Below are positions 1-10,107 of a stretch of 64,000 bases of DNA, one piece after another. The notes beneath the pieces are model-generated. The model saw only the letters and a list, made by a program, of their open reading frames with translations, ran no database searches and was not told the origin of the DNA. The stretch is from Abditibacterium sp. GTDB lineage: Bacteria > Armatimonadota > Abditibacteriia > Abditibacteriales > Abditibacteriaceae. Each line of letters begins with the position of its first letter. The stretch's first letter is position 1. The translations under genes and the position numbers were made by a program. The stretch is taken from positions 3,008,001 through 3,072,000 of the forward strand of contig CBDASK010000003.1 of the NCBI GenBank assembly GCA_965199495.1, in the 5' to 3' direction.

Positions 1-242
1 GTGTCCGCGCCATCTTCAAAAGTGAAAATCGGCTGGTCAACTTTTACCGTGTCGCCCGCTTTAATCAAAATTTCTTTGATGGTGCCTTTGACGGTGGAAG
101 GCACTTCTAAAACCGCTTTGTCGGTTTCGAGTTCTAAAATCGATTGGTCTTGTTCGACGCTGTCGCCAACGGCAACGAGAAGTTTGGCAACAACGCCAGA
201 ATCGGCGCTTTCGCCCAGGGTCGGCAATTTATATTCGGCCAT
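1..242 (-). CDS. Lipoyl-domain protein, most likely 2-oxoacid dehydrogenase E2 (dihydrolipoamide acyltransferase); 5' part only, runs off the window edge
   Basis: My translation from ATG at 242 (not in the ORF track): MAEYKLPTLGESADSGVVAKLLVAVGDSVEQDQSILELETDKAVLEVPSTVKGTIKEILIKAGDTVKV..., with the lipoyl-lysine motif ETDKA. Confidence 0.9.
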   Translation of the reverse strand, partial: MAEYKLPTLGESADSGVVAKLLVAVGDSVEQDQSILELETDKAVLEVPSTVKGTIKEILIKAGDTVKVDQPIFTFEDGAD

Positions 243-335
243 AAAAAGGGAGTTCTCCAAAAATTGCGCGTGATGCGCGCTTCGGCTTGCTCGCTAAACA
301 GGATAGCAAATTAAGCGCGCACTCATCTTTTTACT

Positions 336-913
336 TCAATCCGATAATTCAATATCTTCGTAAATCTCGTCCAGCGACAACTGACAATTGATCGCCGTTA
401 GTCGCACAATGTTGTTGGCATCGGCCAACGTTTCGCTGCGCCAGATTTCGCCGTCGAGAAAATGATGTTCGACTTCAAATGGCGTTTGCGCAATCAGCAA
501 ATAATGGCGCAACGACGGCAACTGTTTGTAGACGGTAAATTTGGCGTTGCAGTCGTTAAAGCGAGCAGAGCGCGACAAAACTTCCACGATAACGACGGCA
601 TCGAGCAGAGTGTCGGATTGATTCGCGTCGTATTTTAAAGGCGGACAGACGACCATGACATCGGGGAAAGTCTGAATTTCGGCGGACGCGATTTTGAGGC
701 GTTGATCGCCCACGAAAGGCTCGCAAGGGCGCCCGCGCAACTGAACTTGGAGTGAAGACCCAATGCTTAAAGAGATGCGATTATGATCGGTGCTGGCCCC
801 GCCATCGCGTAGATTTGCCCACACCAAAACTCGTGTTTCAGGTTCGAGTCGTTGTCCATTTGCCAGTATTCTGCTTCGGTGTAATTGTATTCGGGTTGAC
901 GTTGCGCGCTCAT
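336..913 (-). pseudogene. Uma2-family (PD-(D/E)XK) endonuclease split by a single-base frameshift
   Basis: ATG 913 gives MSAQRQPEYNYTEAEYWQMDNDSNLKHEFWCGQIYAMAG. The rest (ASTDHNRI...FPDVMVVC...VIVEVLS...K...YLLIAQ) is in another frame. The shift falls at the C4 run 797-800. Confidence 0.8.
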
Positions 914-940
914 GCTCTAAGTATCGCCAATTGTCCGATG

Positions 941-1035
941 GTGAGACGCCGATTTATCGCGTCTAAAACCTATCGCTTGCCGCAAACGTGACAACAATTT
1001 CAACGTTTTAAAACGCGATAAATCGGCGTCTCTAC
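941..1035. repeat. REP-like doublet, family A (GTAGAGACGCCGATTTATCGCGTCT ... AGACGCGATAAATCGGCGTCTCTAC)
   Basis: Inverted pair of GTAG-type imperfect palindromes; the same unit recurs at 23148, 36994 and 60082/60511. Confidence 0.85.
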
Positions 1036-2378
1036 GCCGCAAACGTCCGCACCGTTTCGACATCGCAATTCAACAGTTTTGCCGCCGCTTTCTGGTCGCC
1101 CTTGGACTTATCCAACGCCATTTTTACCAATTCCGGCAACGTCGGAATCGTGTTCACGTTGCCGGTGGCTGCATTGGGCATATAGGAATTGCCACCGTTG
1201 AGATTGCCGCCCAACAATAGATGCCGCGTCTCGATTTGGTCGCCTTCGGCCAAAATCATCGCGCGCTCGATGCAGTTTTCCAATTCGCGAATGTTGCCCT
1301 TCCAATTGTGATTACGCATTGAAGCCATCGCTTCGTCGGCGACTTTCATGTCTAATCTGCCGGTTTCTTCGCCGTATTTCTGTAAGAAATGATTGACGAA
1401 ATACGGCATATCGCCCGGTCGCTCGCGTAATGCTGGAAGTTCAATCGGAACGACATTCAAACGGTAAAACAAATCTTCGCGGAAAGTGCCGTCGGCAATG
1501 GCGCGGCTCAAATCGCGATTGGTCGCGGCGACAATTCTCACATCCACTTTGATGGTTTTGCTGCTCCCGATGCGCTCGAATTCGCGCTCTTGCAACACGC
1601 GCAATAATTTGACTTGAACGCTGGGCGCGACTTCGCCGATTTCGTCCAAGAATAACGTGCCGCCGTGCGCCCATTCAAACCTGCCGATACGCTGTTGCGA
1701 AGCGTCGGTAAAGGCGCCTTTTTCGTGGCCGAACAGTTCGTCTTCCAACAAATGTTCCGGCAGCGCCGCGCAATTGACTTTAACGAACGGTTTGTCGGCG
1801 CGCTTACTTTGATAATGAATCGCGCGCGCCAGAACTTCTTTGCCGGTTCCGCTTTCGCCGGTAATTAGCACGGTCGCGTTGCTTTTGGCGACTTTGGCGG
1901 CGGTGACGTAGGCGGCCTGCATTTTTTCCGATTCGCCGATGACTGTCTCGAATTTATAGCGCGACATCAATTCGTTTTGCAGATATTTATTTTCGTCAAT
2001 CAAGCGCGTGCGCTCCAACGCGCGCTTGGCGACATGAGCGATTTCGGCGATGTTGAACGGTTTGGTCAGGTAATCGTAGGCGCCCAGACGCATCGCTTCG
2101 ACGGCGCCGTCTTTGGTGGCGAAACCGGTCACGACGACGACCGGCAAATTGGGACGGCGCTTTTTGACTTCGCGCAACACGTCGTTGCCAGTGATGTCGG
2201 GCAGTTTCATGTCAGTGAAAACCATGCCGATCTCGTCGCCTAATTCGTCCAATTTGGTGATGCCATCTTCGCCTTTATATGCGACATGGACTTTATGGCC
2301 TTCGTTTTCCAAAACGTCGACAAACAATTGGGCGAGCTTTTTCTCGTCGTCAATAACTAATACGCTGGTTTCGTGCAT
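1032..2378 (-). CDS. Sigma-54-dependent response regulator (NtrC/AtoC family)
   Basis: Receiver domain (VLVIDDE, FTDMKLP), AAA+ Walker A GESGTGKE, GAFTDA loop, C-terminal Fis-like HTH. Confidence 0.95.
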   Translation of the reverse strand: MHETSVLVIDDEKKLAQLFVDVLENEGHKVHVAYKGEDGITKLDELGDEIGMVFTDMKLPDITGNDVLREVKKRRPNLPVVVVTGFATKDGAVEAMRLGAYDYLTKPFNIAEIAHVAKRALERTRLIDENKYLQNELMSRYKFETVIGESEKMQAAYVTAAKVAKSNATVLITGESGTGKEVLARAIHYQSKRADKPFVKVNCAALPEHLLEDELFGHEKGAFTDASQQRIGRFEWAHGGTLFLDEIGEVAPSVQVKLLRVLQEREFERIGSSKTIKVDVRIVAATNRDLSRAIADGTFREDLFYRLNVVPIELPALRERPGDMPYFVNHFLQKYGEETGRLDMKVADEAMASMRNHNWKGNIRELENCIERAMILAEGDQIETRHLLLGGNLNGGNSYMPNAATGNVNTIPTLPELVKMALDKSKGDQKAAAKLLNCDVETVRTFAA

Positions 2379-2674
2379 GATGAATTATAAATCAAAAATT
2401 CGGCAAATACGCCTGTTTGTTCTACCGAAAGGTTTTAGCCTTATTCTTCTGTTTGAATGCGTTACCTGTCAAGTCCCAACGCAAGTTTGATTTATTCGCG
2501 CAACCTTTGGGGAAATAATTTGATTTGTCCTCGCTACGACAGAGGACGCAACAGAACTGGGGGAGCCACGGCGGCGGCGCTTCGTTTAAAGACGGACTCG
2601 CCATTTCCTTGTATCATAGGAAGAACGCGCGCATTTTTTAACGCGCAGTTCTCTCGTTGAGTCCTTTAGATTAT

Positions 2675-4969
2675 ATGCCGGAAACCCTTACTTCCACCGA
2701 CGATACGCAGGTCAAACCGTTGCCCGACGCCGTGCGCGACATTCTGGGCACCGTCGGCGTCAACGGCGATGCCGTGTTGCAGTTGCAGACCGACATCGGT
2801 TCCAACGGCCACTTCGCCGAACGTTATCTGGTGGCCACGCCGCAAAAGTTAGTCATCGTCGCCAACAACGGCTCCGCCAAAATAGAGCGCGAAGTGCCCT
2901 TGTCGGAAATCGGCCACATCGAATCGCGTGGACTGGCGGGCACGGCCAGTTTAGAAGCGCGCCTCAAAACGCGCGACGGCGAAAAAGTCGTCGAGCTTTT
3001 GCGCGGCTCTAACGCGCGCGCGCGCGAAATGTCGCAGGCCGCCGAAAAGATCAACCAACTGCGCGAAACCGGCGAAATCCCGGCGCCGCGCACCAAAGAA
3101 AAAACCAAGTTTTGCCCCAAGTGTGGGCGGCCTTTGCCGGTTGATTCCAACGTCTGCGCGTTCTGCAATGACCGCGTCGCCACGCTCAAACGGCTTTACA
3201 GCTATATGATTCCCTACAAGCGGATGGCGATTGTTTCGGCGCTGCTCAACTTGTTCACGGTCGGTTTGGGATTCGTGCCCGCGCTGTTGACGCGCCAACT
3301 GATTAACGGCGTTTTCACACCTGCGGTTGATAAAGGCGCGGCGGCGGCGGTGGCCAATCAAAAATCGGGCGAGGCGATGCAGACGCTTTATTGGATGGTC
3401 GGCGCGATTCTGCTGACGGCGGCTCTCAACGCCGTGGCTGGTGTTGTGCGCGGGCGCATCGCTTCGTATCTGGGCGCCGCCGTGTTGCACGACATCCGCG
3501 CGCAACTCTATTCGCATTTGCAGCGTTTGTCGGTTTCGTATTACGACAAACGTGAAGTCGGCGCCGTGATGAGCCGCGTGCAAAACGATGTCGGCGCGAT
3601 TCAGAACTTTTTGCTCGACACCGCCGAATCCACCATTATTTCGCTGCTCACGATTGCGGGTGTGGTCACGGTGATGCTTTATCATTCGCCGTCGCTGGCG
3701 TTTTTCGTGCTGCTGCCGATTCCGTTTGTGATTCGCGCGACCTTCAAATACTGGACGGGCCTGATGCAGTTGTGGCGCCGCGTGTGGCACCAGAACTCGG
3801 TTTTGGGCGCGCGGTTGGCCGACGCATTGGGCGGCGTGCGCGTGGTGCGCGCCTTTGGCGCCGAAGAGCGCGAAGTCGGCAACTTCGTGTCGCGTTCGGG
3901 TTCGCTGCGCGACGCCACCATGAACGTCGAAACCAAGGCGGCCAACTTCTACCCGATCATCAGTTTCGTGATGGGTTTGAGCTTGCCCATCGTCTACGTT
4001 TACGGCGGCTCGTTGGTTTTGAAAGGCACGCTCGACTTTGGCACGCTCATTCTGTTCACCATGCTTTTGGGCATGATCGCCGGGCCGGTCACGCAGTTGA
4101 CGCGTCAGGTTTCGGCCATCACGCGCGCGACGACTGCCGCCGAGCGCGTCTTTGAAGTGATGGATTCCGAACCCGAAATTCAGGAAGCCGAAAAACCCGT
4201 CGCGATGCCGAAGATGGAAGGCGATGTTGAATTTCGCAACGTTTCGTTTGGCTACGAGCGCGAGCGCCCGGTTTTGAAGAACGTCAACCTCGACATCAAA
4301 GCGGGCGAAATGATCGGTTTGGTCGGCCATTCGGGCGCGGGCAAGTCAACGCTGATTAACCTGTTGTTGCGCTTCTACGATGTGACCGAAGGCGCGCTTT
4401 TGATTGACGGCGTGGATATTCGCGACATCAATCGCGACGATTTGCGCCGTCAGGTCGGCGTGGTTTTGCAGGAATCGTATCTGTTCCACGGCACGATTTA
4501 CGACAACATCGCCTACGGCAACCCCGACGCGACGCCCGCGCAGGTCATGGCGGCGGCGCGCGCGGCGCACGCCCATCACTATATCGTCGGTTTCCCTGAT
4601 GGTTACGATACGCTCGTCGGCGAGCGCGGCACACGTTTGAGCGGCGGCGAACGCCAGCGCATCGCGATTGCGCGCGCGATTTTGCACAACCCGAAAATCT
4701 TGATCTTGGACGAAGCCACGGCGAGCGTGGACACCCAGACCGAAGCCGCGATTCAAGGCGCGTTGCAGAATTTGACCAAGGGCCGCACGACGTTCGCGAT
4801 TGCTCACCGTTTGTCAACGCTGAAAAACGCGGATCGTCTGGTCGTCATCGAAGGCGGCCAGGTTGTCGAAGTCGGCACGCACGACGAACTCATGCAAAAG
4901 CGCGGCGCGTTTTACCGTCTGGTGCAAGCTCAACAGAGCATGAACCAAATCGTCACCGTTGGCGGTTAA
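2675..4969 (+). CDS. ABC exporter (fused permease + ATPase) with an N-terminal extension and CxxC...CxxC zinc ribbon
   Basis: Walker A GHSGAGKS, signature LSGGERQR, ILDEAT, six-TM region, CPKCG...CAFC. Confidence 0.93.
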   Translation: MPETLTSTDDTQVKPLPDAVRDILGTVGVNGDAVLQLQTDIGSNGHFAERYLVATPQKLVIVANNGSAKIEREVPLSEIGHIESRGLAGTASLEARLKTRDGEKVVELLRGSNARAREMSQAAEKINQLRETGEIPAPRTKEKTKFCPKCGRPLPVDSNVCAFCNDRVATLKRLYSYMIPYKRMAIVSALLNLFTVGLGFVPALLTRQLINGVFTPAVDKGAAAAVANQKSGEAMQTLYWMVGAILLTAALNAVAGVVRGRIASYLGAAVLHDIRAQLYSHLQRLSVSYYDKREVGAVMSRVQNDVGAIQNFLLDTAESTIISLLTIAGVVTVMLYHSPSLAFFVLLPIPFVIRATFKYWTGLMQLWRRVWHQNSVLGARLADALGGVRVVRAFGAEEREVGNFVSRSGSLRDATMNVETKAANFYPIISFVMGLSLPIVYVYGGSLVLKGTLDFGTLILFTMLLGMIAGPVTQLTRQVSAITRATTAAERVFEVMDSEPEIQEAEKPVAMPKMEGDVEFRNVSFGYERERPVLKNVNLDIKAGEMIGLVGHSGAGKSTLINLLLRFYDVTEGALLIDGVDIRDINRDDLRRQVGVVLQESYLFHGTIYDNIAYGNPDATPAQVMAAARAAHAHHYIVGFPDGYDTLVGERGTRLSGGERQRIAIARAILHNPKILILDEATASVDTQTEAAIQGALQNLTKGRTTFAIAHRLSTLKNADRLVVIEGGQVVEVGTHDELMQKRGAFYRLVQAQQSMNQIVTVGG

Positions 4970-4984
4970 AGTTGGAAATTGCAA

Positions 4985-5016
4985 AAAAGGGACGCCGTGT
5001 CTGCGGCGTCCCTTTT
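4985..5016 (+). terminator. Intrinsic terminator
   Basis: AAAAGGGACGCCG-loop-CGGCGTCCCTTTT just after the ABC stop codon. Confidence 0.8.
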
Positions 5017-5210
5017 CGTTAGCCAAGCGCGGGATTTGGAAAAACGGATGATTTTTAGAAAAAACTTAAATTTTTCCTGCGCAGGAGATTTCCCTTGTCA
5101 AGGCACCTCACTTGCTTGTTATTTATTTCAATTGCCCGCATCAGAAATAACGGACAATAGAAATTTAGCGGCGTGTCAAGTGAGAGACGCCGATTCACAG
5201 GAAAACAAAA

Positions 5211-5984
5211 ATGCAATATCCAAACGATTTAGCTCCCCTTCACGACCTCAAAAACTGGAAAATCGCCGATGGCGAAACCGACCCGCGTGGCCTGACTTTG
5301 ATCGGTCGCGGCAATCAGGAACTCGGCACCATCGAGACGTTGCTGGCCAGCCCGACGACCCGCAAAGCCCATTTCGCGATTGTCAACCCGACGGGGAGCG
5401 GCAACAAGTTTTCCGTGCCCTTGGACAATGTGCGCTTCGACATGAAAAATCGCCGCGCCTATGCGCCCATCGCGATGGAAAATTTCGCCGATGCGCCCGG
5501 CTACACGGCGGGCAATACCGATTACTCAGCGTCGCACGATTACTGGACGCAAGCCGTCGCCGCCCAGCCGGTGGCTGATACCGACCGCTACGATCAGCAC
5601 CATCACGCCGACGATGTGATTCAGTTGAGCGAAGAAGAATTGCACGTCAGCAAAGACCGCGTGCAGGCGGGCGAAGTCGCCGTCGGCAAGCACGTCGTGT
5701 CCGAGCAAAAGAGCGTGACCGTTCCGGTCGAACACGAAGAAGTCGTGGTCACGCGCCACGCCGTAGACCGCGAGATTGATCCGTCGCAAATTGGCGCCGA
5801 AACCGAAACCGTTAGAGTTCCAGTCATGGCCGAACAGGTTTCGACCAACGTGACGGCGCGCGTCGTCGAAGAAGTCGAAGTTGGCACGCGCACTGTGCAG
5901 GAAGAGAAAACAGTGACTGACACGATTCGCAAAGAGAAACTGGACGTGAATAGCGATGGCAGCGTTGACGTTAAAAACGCGTAG
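5211..5984 (+). CDS. PRC-barrel + YsnF/AvaK (DUF2382) protein
   Basis: N-terminal PRC-barrel-like (DPRGLTLIGRGNQELGTI); C-terminal IQLSEEELHVSK...GEVAVGKHVV...VPVEHEEVVVTR. Confidence 0.88.
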   Translation: MQYPNDLAPLHDLKNWKIADGETDPRGLTLIGRGNQELGTIETLLASPTTRKAHFAIVNPTGSGNKFSVPLDNVRFDMKNRRAYAPIAMENFADAPGYTAGNTDYSASHDYWTQAVAAQPVADTDRYDQHHHADDVIQLSEEELHVSKDRVQAGEVAVGKHVVSEQKSVTVPVEHEEVVVTRHAVDREIDPSQIGAETETVRVPVMAEQVSTNVTARVVEEVEVGTRTVQEEKTVTDTIRKEKLDVNSDGSVDVKNA

Positions 5985-6100
5985 TCGCAAAAGCAAGAAA
6001 GCCGGAGTTTGCCAACGCAAATTTCGGCTTTTTCTTGTCTGTGATTGCGGTCAAACGTTTTTTCCAAATGGCAACAATGCGTCATACTTCTTCCATCTCT

Positions 6101-6586
6101 ATGACCGACTTCATTAATTTATCTCAACTGCATCTCGAAATCGCGCCCGACGATACGTTGCGCGCTGTTATCGAAGGCGATAGATGTGGCCGCGACCTTC
6201 AGGTTTTGCGCGCCTTCCCGTTGTCTTCGCCCGACGAACACATCGTTTTGCGCGACGGCGCAGGCAAAGAGTTGGGCGTTATAGAAAAATTAAGCGATCT
6301 CGACCACGACCGGCGCGAGTTAGTGAAAATCGCCTTAGACCGCCAGTATTTTCTGCCGCGCATCTTGAAGATTAACTCGCTCTACGAACGTTTCGGTTCG
6401 GCGCAATGGGACGTGGAAACGGATCGCGGGCCGGTAATAATTAGCTCGAAATCCATTATTGATTCGCTCGCCGAAATCGGCAAGGGGCGTTATTTGTTGC
6501 GCGACACCGAAGATAATCGTTATGAAATCCGCGAAGTCGAAAAGATGGATGAAGTTTCGCGCCAATTCTTCGCGGGCAAACAGTAG
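6101..6586 (+). CDS. DUF1854-family protein
   Basis: RAFPLSSPDEHIVL...ELGVI...YFLPRI...WDVETDRG matches my recollection of DUF1854. Confidence 0.8.
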   Translation: MTDFINLSQLHLEIAPDDTLRAVIEGDRCGRDLQVLRAFPLSSPDEHIVLRDGAGKELGVIEKLSDLDHDRRELVKIALDRQYFLPRILKINSLYERFGSAQWDVETDRGPVIISSKSIIDSLAEIGKGRYLLRDTEDNRYEIREVEKMDEVSRQFFAGKQ

Positions 6587-6710
6587 TTTTCGTTTGAGGA
6601 TTCATTGAGTAACAGGTTAGCTATGCGAGCGAATTTATTCGCTGAATTGAGTAAAATTGCACTCCTCTTCTTTCTCCTGACGAAATTAGAACGGTTGGGA
6701 GAGGTGGGTT

Positions 6711-8420
6711 TTAAAAATCCACGATACCAAACTCGCGCCGCACTTTGCGCGCGATAACGAGCCACATCAACGCGCCGAAAAGGAGCGCAACCCACAAAAA
6801 TGGCAAACCCAGTTGGGTGAATAAATCGAGGTTACGCCAATCGCTGGTCGCGGCCCACGCGACGAACGGGTTGAGCGCCGCCGCCCATTTCTCGGCGCTC
6901 TGGGAACCAAACGTAAACAAAACGCTCGGCACGCCAATCAGCCACGCCGTGATTGTGCCCAGTGTCGCGCCAGTCGCCGAACTGCTTTTGCGCGTGCGAA
7001 GTCCCATCCACAAACCCCACATCGTGGTCGCGATAACGCAGCCTACCCAGATGAATCCAACCGCGAAAAACTGGGTGACAGAAATCGCATCGCTGTATCC
7101 AATTCTTGTGAGGCTCCAGCCTACGCAGGGCAGCAGCAACGGCCAAACCGGCAGCGAAAATAGCGCGCACGCCAGCGCGATGCCCCAAAATTTGCCCGCT
7201 ACAATCGCACCGGGCCGCAGCAGCGAAAGTCGCACGCCTTCCCATGTCCCGCTCTCGAACTCGCGCGCAAATCCGTTGGCGCCCATCACCGCGCACGAAA
7301 TCAGCGTGACGACAAAGCCAGTTACCGTAACGCCCGCGAAAATGATCTCGCGCGAGCCGGTGTCGGTCAGCGCCGTCCAAATCGTCCAAACGTAAAAATA
7401 GGCGACGGCCAGCGCCAGCCCTATTTCGACGATAATGACGACCAACGGCGGTTGGCGCAGACGAAATTTCGAGCGCACTTCGCGCCCCAAAACCGGATTG
7501 GAAAAACGGAGGGCGCCCACTAACGGCATCTCAAAATGGCTGGAATCCACCGGCTTTTTCGCGGCCCGTTCCCCCGTTTTTGTCGCGTTCTTAGCGCCGA
7601 TAAATGGCGCCTGCGTTAGTGGTCTGCGCACACCCTGCATCGCCGCCCACAAACAAAAAATCAGGATTATCCACAGTGACAGCGCTGAGCCGAACCAGCG
7701 ATCTTCCAATCCGCCCGGCACGATCAAATCGTAGGCGCCCAGAAACGGGTTAGTGCGCCCGATGAAATCCACATAAAACGGCGGCGCGTTGCCACCGGGC
7801 CAACCGCCCAAAATGGTGCCGCCCGACAAAAACGCCGCGACGCCCGATCCCAAAATCCACAAAATGACCAAACCGTAAGCCGAGCGCAACGCCAAATGCG
7901 CGCGATGCGACCAAGCCGAACAGGCCAGCCCAATCGCCGCCCCCGTTGCCAATAATAAAACCTGAAACGCCAGCGTAACGCCCAGCGCTTGAATGCCCAA
8001 TCCGCCCAGAAAGTTGATGATGAGCAAAAACGGCAAAAGCACCAGCCAGATCAAAAGCAACGGCGCCATGCCGCCGACCCATTTTTCCAGCACGATGCGC
8101 GCGGGCGTAATCGGCGCCAGCATCAGATTTTCCAGCAATCCGCGTTCGCGTTCGCGCGCGATATTGCCCGCCGTTTGCGCGGGCGCGACCAGTAAAGCTA
8201 ACACCGTCTGCAAAAAGCCGATTTGCCACCACAACGTTTGGCCGACTTCGCGCAATCGCTCGGTCATATCGCTTGTGGGTGAGGTGGAAACCGATTCGTC
8301 GGCGTAGCGCCACAGCAGAAATAGCGCGACGGCGCCCGCCAAACCCAGCAACAGCAAAAAACTGCGCCGGTCGCGCCAATGCGTTCGCAACGCGCGCTGG
8401 AGAATCGGGAGGGAAGTCAT
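6711..8420 (-). CDS. ABC-2-type permease-like membrane protein with an internal duplication
   Basis: Two copies of the ABC-2 motif (IARERERGLLENLMLAPI...IVLEK and FAREFESGTWEGVRLSLL...IVAGK); many TM segments. Confidence 0.8.
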   Translation of the reverse strand: MTSLPILQRALRTHWRDRRSFLLLLGLAGAVALFLLWRYADESVSTSPTSDMTERLREVGQTLWWQIGFLQTVLALLVAPAQTAGNIARERERGLLENLMLAPITPARIVLEKWVGGMAPLLLIWLVLLPFLLIINFLGGLGIQALGVTLAFQVLLLATGAAIGLACSAWSHRAHLALRSAYGLVILWILGSGVAAFLSGGTILGGWPGGNAPPFYVDFIGRTNPFLGAYDLIVPGGLEDRWFGSALSLWIILIFCLWAAMQGVRRPLTQAPFIGAKNATKTGERAAKKPVDSSHFEMPLVGALRFSNPVLGREVRSKFRLRQPPLVVIIVEIGLALAVAYFYVWTIWTALTDTGSREIIFAGVTVTGFVVTLISCAVMGANGFAREFESGTWEGVRLSLLRPGAIVAGKFWGIALACALFSLPVWPLLLPCVGWSLTRIGYSDAISVTQFFAVGFIWVGCVIATTMWGLWMGLRTRKSSSATGATLGTITAWLIGVPSVLFTFGSQSAEKWAAALNPFVAWAATSDWRNLDLFTQLGLPFLWVALLFGALMWLVIARKVRREFGIVDF

Positions 8421-8455
8421 GATGACGGGCGAGTAGAACGCTTAATTCGCAATTT

Positions 8456-8484
8456 GTAGAGACACGACAAGTCGGTGTCTCTAC
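8456..8484. repeat. Compact GTAG-type palindrome related to family A
   Basis: GTAGAGACAC-GACAAGTCG-GTGTCTCTAC. Confidence 0.6.
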
Positions 8485-8499
8485 GGATTCGCTGACGAA

Positions 8500-9315
8500 T
8501 TAAAGTTCGCCCGCTTCCCAACTCAAAATCGTCGCGGCGACGAGGGCCGCCGTTTCCGTTCGCAAAATTCTCGAACCCAAACTCACGCTTTGTGCGCCGT
8601 AACGCTCAGCTTCTTCTCGTTCGCGCTCCGTCCAACCGCCTTCTGGCCCAACCACGATCATTGCCCGTGGCTGCACTTCGGCGTCGTATTCAATCGGCGA
8701 TTGTTTCAACGTTTCGCGTAGTGCCAATGCGTCCTCGCTTTCGTCCAGAAAAAAACAATGGCCGTCGGATGTGCCCAGCGAAAGCACCGTCGCCAAATCG
8801 GCGATGGCGTGAACGATGGGCACGTCGGCGCGCCCGCACTGCGAAGCGGCGCCTTCGACGATGCGGCGCCAACGTTGCGCGCGCGCCGTGGCTCGCTCGG
8901 CTTCTTCGTCGGGCGATAAGCGCGAAATCGTGCGATCCGAATCGAACGGCCAGAAATCGGTCGCGCCCAATTCGGTGCCTTTTTGCAGCACGAACTCCAT
9001 TTTATCGCCCTTGGGAATGGACTGCGCGATGCTGATTTTCACGCGCCGCACGATGCGCGTGTCGAGCTTTTCTAAAATGGCCGCGCGCGCGCGCGCTTTG
9101 CCGTCGCTCGAAACTTCGGTCAACGCGCATTCCCATTCGCCGCCGCGCCCATCGAAGGCGACAAACGTTTCGCCGGGCGTCATGCGCAGAACTTTGACCA
9201 GTTTCTTGGCGTTGTCGGCGTCTAAATCGAACTCTTGTTCGTCGGTTTCCAGCGCGCCTTCCAAAAGCGAAGGCGAAAGATGAAGTCGGGGCACGCTTTG
9301 GAGTTTATAATTCAC
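8500..9315 (-). CDS. rsmE: 16S rRNA m3U1498 methyltransferase RsmE
   Basis: KVLRM, KGDKMEFVLQKGTELG, QCGR, VGPEGG, LGSRILRTETAA. Confidence 0.95.
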   Translation of the reverse strand: MNYKLQSVPRLHLSPSLLEGALETDEQEFDLDADNAKKLVKVLRMTPGETFVAFDGRGGEWECALTEVSSDGKARARAAILEKLDTRIVRRVKISIAQSIPKGDKMEFVLQKGTELGATDFWPFDSDRTISRLSPDEEAERATARAQRWRRIVEGAASQCGRADVPIVHAIADLATVLSLGTSDGHCFFLDESEDALALRETLKQSPIEYDAEVQPRAMIVVGPEGGWTEREREEAERYGAQSVSLGSRILRTETAALVAATILSWEAGEL

Positions 9316-9322
9316 AACGCTC

Positions 9323-9613
9323 TCAATCCATATCCGTCCAGAACGCGGAGTTCATCGTATAACTTTCGCCAGAACTACTGGTAAATATTGGCGCTGTCGA
9401 AAGCGCTTCAACGGATTCGATTTCGGACTGCTCCAAACGCAACGCGAATTGAGTCAGCAGACCGTCTTCGTTTTCGATCATGCCATCCAATCGAAGTAAT
9501 TTGAAAAGTTCGAGGTCTTGAGCCGCGAAGCCGGATAATTGCGGCCCGTTTTTGAGTTGAATGGATGCGAAGCCGCCGCTTTTGAGTTGTTGAAATTGTG
9601 CCGGAGTAATCAT
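9323..9613 (-). CDS. Hypothetical protein (96 aa)
   Basis: ORF directly upstream of rsmE, with TACAAT 6 nt before its ATG; no recognisable motif. Confidence 0.6.
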   Translation of the reverse strand: MITPAQFQQLKSGGFASIQLKNGPQLSGFAAQDLELFKLLRLDGMIENEDGLLTQFALRLEQSEIESVEALSTAPIFTSSSGESYTMNSAFWTDMD

Positions 9614-9631
9614 AGCGAGATTGTAAATGAC

Positions 9632-9663
9632 AAAAAAGACGCGAACAGAGTTCGCGTCTTTTT
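9632..9663 (-). terminator. Intrinsic terminator
   Basis: AAAAAAGACGCGAAC-AGA-GTTCGCGTCTTTTT. Confidence 0.75.
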
Positions 9664-9693
9664 GAATTGTCAACTGAAACTTACTTTCCAACT

Positions 9694-10014
9694 TTAGCCC
9701 ACGGGGGAGTGTTTGCGGTAGTTTTTGCCGTAACGATTGCGGTAGTATTTACGACGCTTTTTGTTGTTTTCTTTCTTTTTGTCGCTACGATACTTCAGGT
9801 AAGAACCGGCAGTGGCGATGGCGCCCAAAGTTTGCGCTTTGCCGTTATGCTTGAGCAGACCGTATCCCGTCACGGCAGCGGAGCCAATCGCGACTTTTTT
9901 CCATGTTTTGGAATCGGCGTGCGCCGCCGGAGCGGTCAGCGCGCCGCCAAAAGCGGTGGCTCCGAAAATGGTGAGCGTGGCCAGTGCGAGTGAACGTTGT
10001 TTGGTGATTTTCAT
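9694..10014 (-). CDS. Small secreted basic protein
   Basis: Signal peptide MKITKQRSLALATLTIFGATAFGGALTAPAAHA, then DSKTWKKVAIGSAAVTGYGLL... and a Lys/Arg/Tyr-rich tail. Confidence 0.75.
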   Translation of the reverse strand: MKITKQRSLALATLTIFGATAFGGALTAPAAHADSKTWKKVAIGSAAVTGYGLLKHNGKAQTLGAIATAGSYLKYRSDKKKENNKKRRKYYRNRYGKNYRKHSPVG

Positions 10015-10107
10015 TGTGAAACCTCGTTGGGGTAAACCGCTATCATGCGAATTTACTGCCCAACAGACGGGATACAGTAAAGTTGTGTTCAAAAAAATAT
10101 TGGACAA

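Noticed and set aside
1..273. 90-aa plus-strand ORF
   Set aside because: Antisense shadow of the lipoyl-domain gene
2951..4330. 459-aa minus-strand ORF, and similar long antisense ORFs at 20873, 25540, 27792, 42631 and 55033
   Set aside because: They lie opposite well-supported genes and are typical high-GC shadow frames without motifs
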